A DNA stretch of 64,000 nucleotides from an uncultured Thermococci archaeon. GTDB taxonomy: Archaea > Methanobacteriota_B > Thermococci > Methanofastidiosales > B48-G16. Shown in pieces: positions 60,984 through 64,000 of this stretch. Where the stretch lies: positions 32,001 through 96,000 of the forward strand of contig CAZQQT010000002.1 of assembly GCA_964595645.1 (NCBI GenBank), in the 5' to 3' direction. Positions within the stretch are counted from its first letter, which is position 1, and each line of letters opens with the position of its first letter. The notes under the pieces are model-generated. The model was not told where the DNA came from and searched no databases. It was given only the letters and a program-made list of their open reading frames with translations. The translations under genes and the position numbers were made by a program.

Positions 60984-63167
60984 ATGCCGTATATTGATCA
61001 TCCTCTTGTCACAAAAAATAAAATAGACGCCAGAAAGTATCAGGAGATGATTGTTGACAGCTGTAGGGAGAAAAACTCTCTCATTGTGCTCCCTACGGGT
61101 TTGGGAAAGACGATTATCGCTGCCTTGCTGGCAGTCTATCGGCTTCAGAAGTACGACGGCAAAGTTGTATTTCTGGCACCCACAAAGCCCCTGGTGATGC
61201 AGCACTACGAGACGTTCTCCCAGGTACTCAACGTTGAAGACATGAATGTGTTTACCGGGGCGGTCTCTCCCTCCGAACGAAATGAACGGTATGAAGATAC
61301 CACCATCGTGTTTGCCACTCCGCAGGTGATAGAAAATGATATTATCTCCCGTCGACTCGATCTCAGCGATGTATCGATGGTGATCTTCGATGAAGCCCAC
61401 AGGGCAGTGGGAGATTACGCGTACGTTTTCATTGCAGAGAGGTATATGGGAACTGGGACAGATCCACTCATCACAGGACTTACAGCTTCTCCAGGCAGCG
61501 AGAAGAAAAAAATTGAGGAAGTCCTCGACAACCTCTATATTGAGAACATTGAAGTACGAACGGAGGAATCTCCCGATATCAAAGAGTATATCCAGGATAT
61601 CGACGTTCAATGGATTGAGGTGGAATTTCCACAGGAGTATGAGAAAATTCGCGATTATCTCGAGAAATATTTTAAAAGTAAGTTGAAAATCCTGAACAAC
61701 ATCGGCTTTTTAAACACTACATCCACAAACATATCTAAAAAGGCGCTTCTGGATATAGGACGAAGGATACGGAAAAAAATGAATAACCCCTATGGGAAAA
61801 AGAACAAACGGTACTTCATCGGGATTATGGCGCAGGCATCGGCTATCAAGATTCACCACGCCATGGAGCTTCTCGAGACGCAGGGTGTAATTCCCTTCTT
61901 AGATTATATTGATCGGCTCAAGAATCAGAGCGCCAAGTCCGCGAAGAACATTATCAACTCCCCTTTCGTAAAAAAAGCGGTCCATCTGGCGAAAACAATT
62001 GAAATGAAACATCCAAAGTACAAAAAACTGCGAGAAATCGTGGAAAATGAGATCCCCCACTGTAAGAACATCATTGTCTTCTCCCAGTACCGGGACTCCG
62101 CCCAGAAGATCGTTGACATGTTAACTGAGATTGACGGCGTGAGGCCGGTGCGGTTTGTGGGACAGAGCTCGAAGGAGAAAGATAAGGGACTGACACAGAA
62201 AAAACAGAAGGAGATCCTGGAGAAATTTCGCGCACAGGAGTACAATACGCTGGTAGCAACCTCTATAGCAGAGGAGGGGCTGGACATTCCGAGCGTGGAT
62301 CTCGTGATCTTTTTTGAGCCGGTACCTTCAGAGATACGGACGATCCAGCGGCGGGGAAGAACGGGACGGAGAAGGGCGGGGCGGGTGATCGTTCTCTATA
62401 CTGGAGACACGCGGGATGAGGCGTACTTCTGGGTCTCCAAACGAAAGGAAAAAAAGATGCATAAAATCCTCACGCAGATGAAAAACAAGCTTGAGAAAAA
62501 GGAACAGATAGAAAAACAAACGAAAATCGATGATTTTATAAAGATACTGGTAGACCATAGAGAAAAAGGTCCGGTGGTGAAACACCTCTCCTCCCGCTGT
62601 GCCGTAGAACAGAAGGATCTTCCCGTCGGCGACTACGTCCTTTCCGAGCGGGTATGCGTTGAAAGAAAGAGCACAGAAGATTTTCTTCGAAGTTTGGTGG
62701 ACAGGAAGATATTTCAACAGGTTAAAGGCATTGCTGAGAACTACGAGATACCGATTCTCATTATTGAAGGGGAGGATCTCTACACACAGCATGATATCTC
62801 ATCAAAGTCTATTTTGAACGCGATAATATCAATCATCGTTGATTTCAACGTGTTTGTACTGTTCACGAAGGATGCCTATGAGACAATGCTCATGCTGGTA
62901 GACATCGCACAACGGGAACAGAAACACGAGAGAAAGGAAATTCCAGTGCGAGGAAGTAAACAATCGATGAACTTGAAGGACAACCAGCGTTACGTGATTG
63001 AAGGGCTCCCCAATATCTCCGCTACCCTGGCGCAACGTCTTCTCCGTCACTTTGGCAATGTCAAAGCCGTGTTCAACGCGTCAAAAGATGAGTTGATGGA
63101 GGTCAGAGGCATCGGGGAGAAAACTGCCGAAGGAATTCTGCAGGTGATCGAGGAGGAGTACGAGTGA
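60984..63167 (+). CDS. hef: Hef (SF2 helicase + ERCC4 nuclease + HhH)
   Basis: PTGLGKT, DEAH, TAS, QRRGRTGR, DHRE, GDY..ERKS..DF, GIGEKTA. Confidence 0.95.
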   Translation: MPYIDHPLVTKNKIDARKYQEMIVDSCREKNSLIVLPTGLGKTIIAALLAVYRLQKYDGKVVFLAPTKPLVMQHYETFSQVLNVEDMNVFTGAVSPSERNERYEDTTIVFATPQVIENDIISRRLDLSDVSMVIFDEAHRAVGDYAYVFIAERYMGTGTDPLITGLTASPGSEKKKIEEVLDNLYIENIEVRTEESPDIKEYIQDIDVQWIEVEFPQEYEKIRDYLEKYFKSKLKILNNIGFLNTTSTNISKKALLDIGRRIRKKMNNPYGKKNKRYFIGIMAQASAIKIHHAMELLETQGVIPFLDYIDRLKNQSAKSAKNIINSPFVKKAVHLAKTIEMKHPKYKKLREIVENEIPHCKNIIVFSQYRDSAQKIVDMLTEIDGVRPVRFVGQSSKEKDKGLTQKKQKEILEKFRAQEYNTLVATSIAEEGLDIPSVDLVIFFEPVPSEIRTIQRRGRTGRRRAGRVIVLYTGDTRDEAYFWVSKRKEKKMHKILTQMKNKLEKKEQIEKQTKIDDFIKILVDHREKGPVVKHLSSRCAVEQKDLPVGDYVLSERVCVERKSTEDFLRSLVDRKIFQQVKGIAENYEIPILIIEGEDLYTQHDISSKSILNAIISIIVDFNVFVLFTKDAYETMLMLVDIAQREQKHERKEIPVRGSKQSMNLKDNQRYVIEGLPNISATLAQRLLRHFGNVKAVFNASKDELMEVRGIGEKTAEGILQVIEEEYE

Positions 63168-63185
63168 AGGGGAGATAAGGCGAAG

Positions 63186-63527
63186 TTAGTCTCTTGGCTC
63201 AAGCAAGAATGTCAATCCCTCTTTTTTGCGCTGTATTACTTCCTTGCTCCTCAAGGATTTTACAATTCTGCAGATCTTATATTTACTAAATCCTGTAATT
63301 TCCGGTAGATCAGACTGGTAGATTCCTTCTGATTTTCTGATAAGATCGAAGATGAGTTCTTCATCTTCATTTAGATCGCTCATATCCGTACTTTCTTCTT
63401 GGAGTATCTTTTCTTTGTCGATGATACCTTCGATTTTTCCAATGAGAATTTTGTTTTTGAGATCAATAACGATATTACACTCATTCAGTTCTACTTTTTC
63501 TTTACCCTCTTCTTCTATGTCCCCCAT
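63186..63527 (-). CDS. Winged-helix DNA-binding protein
   Basis: LIFDLI..EGIYQSDL..TGFSK.KI.RIVKSL..I.RKKEG. Confidence 0.75.
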   Translation of the reverse strand: MGDIEEEGKEKVELNECNIVIDLKNKILIGKIEGIIDKEKILQEESTDMSDLNEDEELIFDLIRKSEGIYQSDLPEITGFSKYKICRIVKSLRSKEVIQRKKEGLTFLLEPRD

Positions 63528-63573
63528 GCAGTAGTATCTATTTGAATGTTTATAAATGTTATCTTAATAATAG

Positions 63574-63599
63574 GTGCAACTATTTATAAATAGTTGCAC
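63574..63599. promoter_or_regulatory. Perfect 26-bp palindrome centred on a TATA box
   Basis: gtgcaactatttataaatagttgcac equals its own reverse complement. Confidence 0.85.
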
Positions 63600-63678
63600 A
63601 AAGTTAACAGAAAATTACTTATATTGTTGCAATATAGTAAAAGTAACGAATACAAAATAGGGGAGGAATAGAAAAAAA

Positions 63679-64000
63679 ATGAGAATTAGACGTGTGGGAG
63701 AGCATGCCGTTATAGAAAAAGGTAGTACTTTACTGTTGTTCAACACTATAGACTCAGGATTATACAAGATAAAACCCATTACCGAAAAATTATTCAATCT
63801 CGTACAAAAACATGGTATAGAAACCGCAAAGAAACTGATGAAGGAAGGAGATGTAGAGGACATTGCGGAAGAAAAAATTACAGAATTAACAGAAAATGGG
63901 TTTTTAGATCAAGAGCCAGATTTTACCCCTCCCACAACGTTCCCTATTACAGGCATGTCTCTCAATGTGTCTCACGACTGCAACCTCAACTGTCGGTACT
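63679..64000 (+). CDS. Radical SAM enzyme with ~90-aa N-terminal extension (partial)
   Basis: Hand translation MRIRRVGEH...ITELTENGFL...MSLNVSHDCNLNCRY (window ends within CxxxCxxC). Confidence 0.8.
   Translation, partial: MRIRRVGEHAVIEKGSTLLLFNTIDSGLYKIKPITEKLFNLVQKHGIETAKKLMKEGDVEDIAEEKITELTENGFLDQEPDFTPPTTFPITGMSLNVSHDCNLNCRY

Overview
Archaeal chromosomal window. Evidence: TATA-type promoters, CCA-less tRNA-Val, Hef, archaeal mevalonate operon, MEMO1-mvk linkage. A Theionarchaea/Methanofastidiosia-like lineage is only a tentative guess. Layout: (1) 0-9 kb housekeeping and efflux genes; (2) 9.4-16 kb ArsP-type metalloid/thiol-redox cluster containing a lipoate ligase; (3) non-oxidative pentose phosphate operon; (4) MNT-HEPN toxin-antitoxin modules; (5) ~28.5 kb surface-glycan locus with UDP-glucuronate, dTDP-rhamnose, GT2/GT-C transferases, flippase, PAPS synthesis, two sulfotransferases and four alkaline-phosphatase(AlkP)-superfamily enzymes; (6) variable region with a TA pair between 129-bp repeats and a broken TSP3/glycine-zipper gene; (7) archaeal MVA operon with an LpdD-like gene; (8) Hef, a wHTH regulator, a perfect 26-bp palindrome and a truncated radical SAM gene. 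Best candidate for an undescribed system: a glycan-sulfation relay. Four cytoplasmic AlkP enzymes have Thr instead of the formylglycine motif, three share an 18-aa C-terminal tag, and an RHH protein leading the sat-cysC operon carries an acidic 'ERLRSLGYLD' tail that could be a docking or Tyr-sulfate carrier module. All calls are by eye from motifs; no searches were run.
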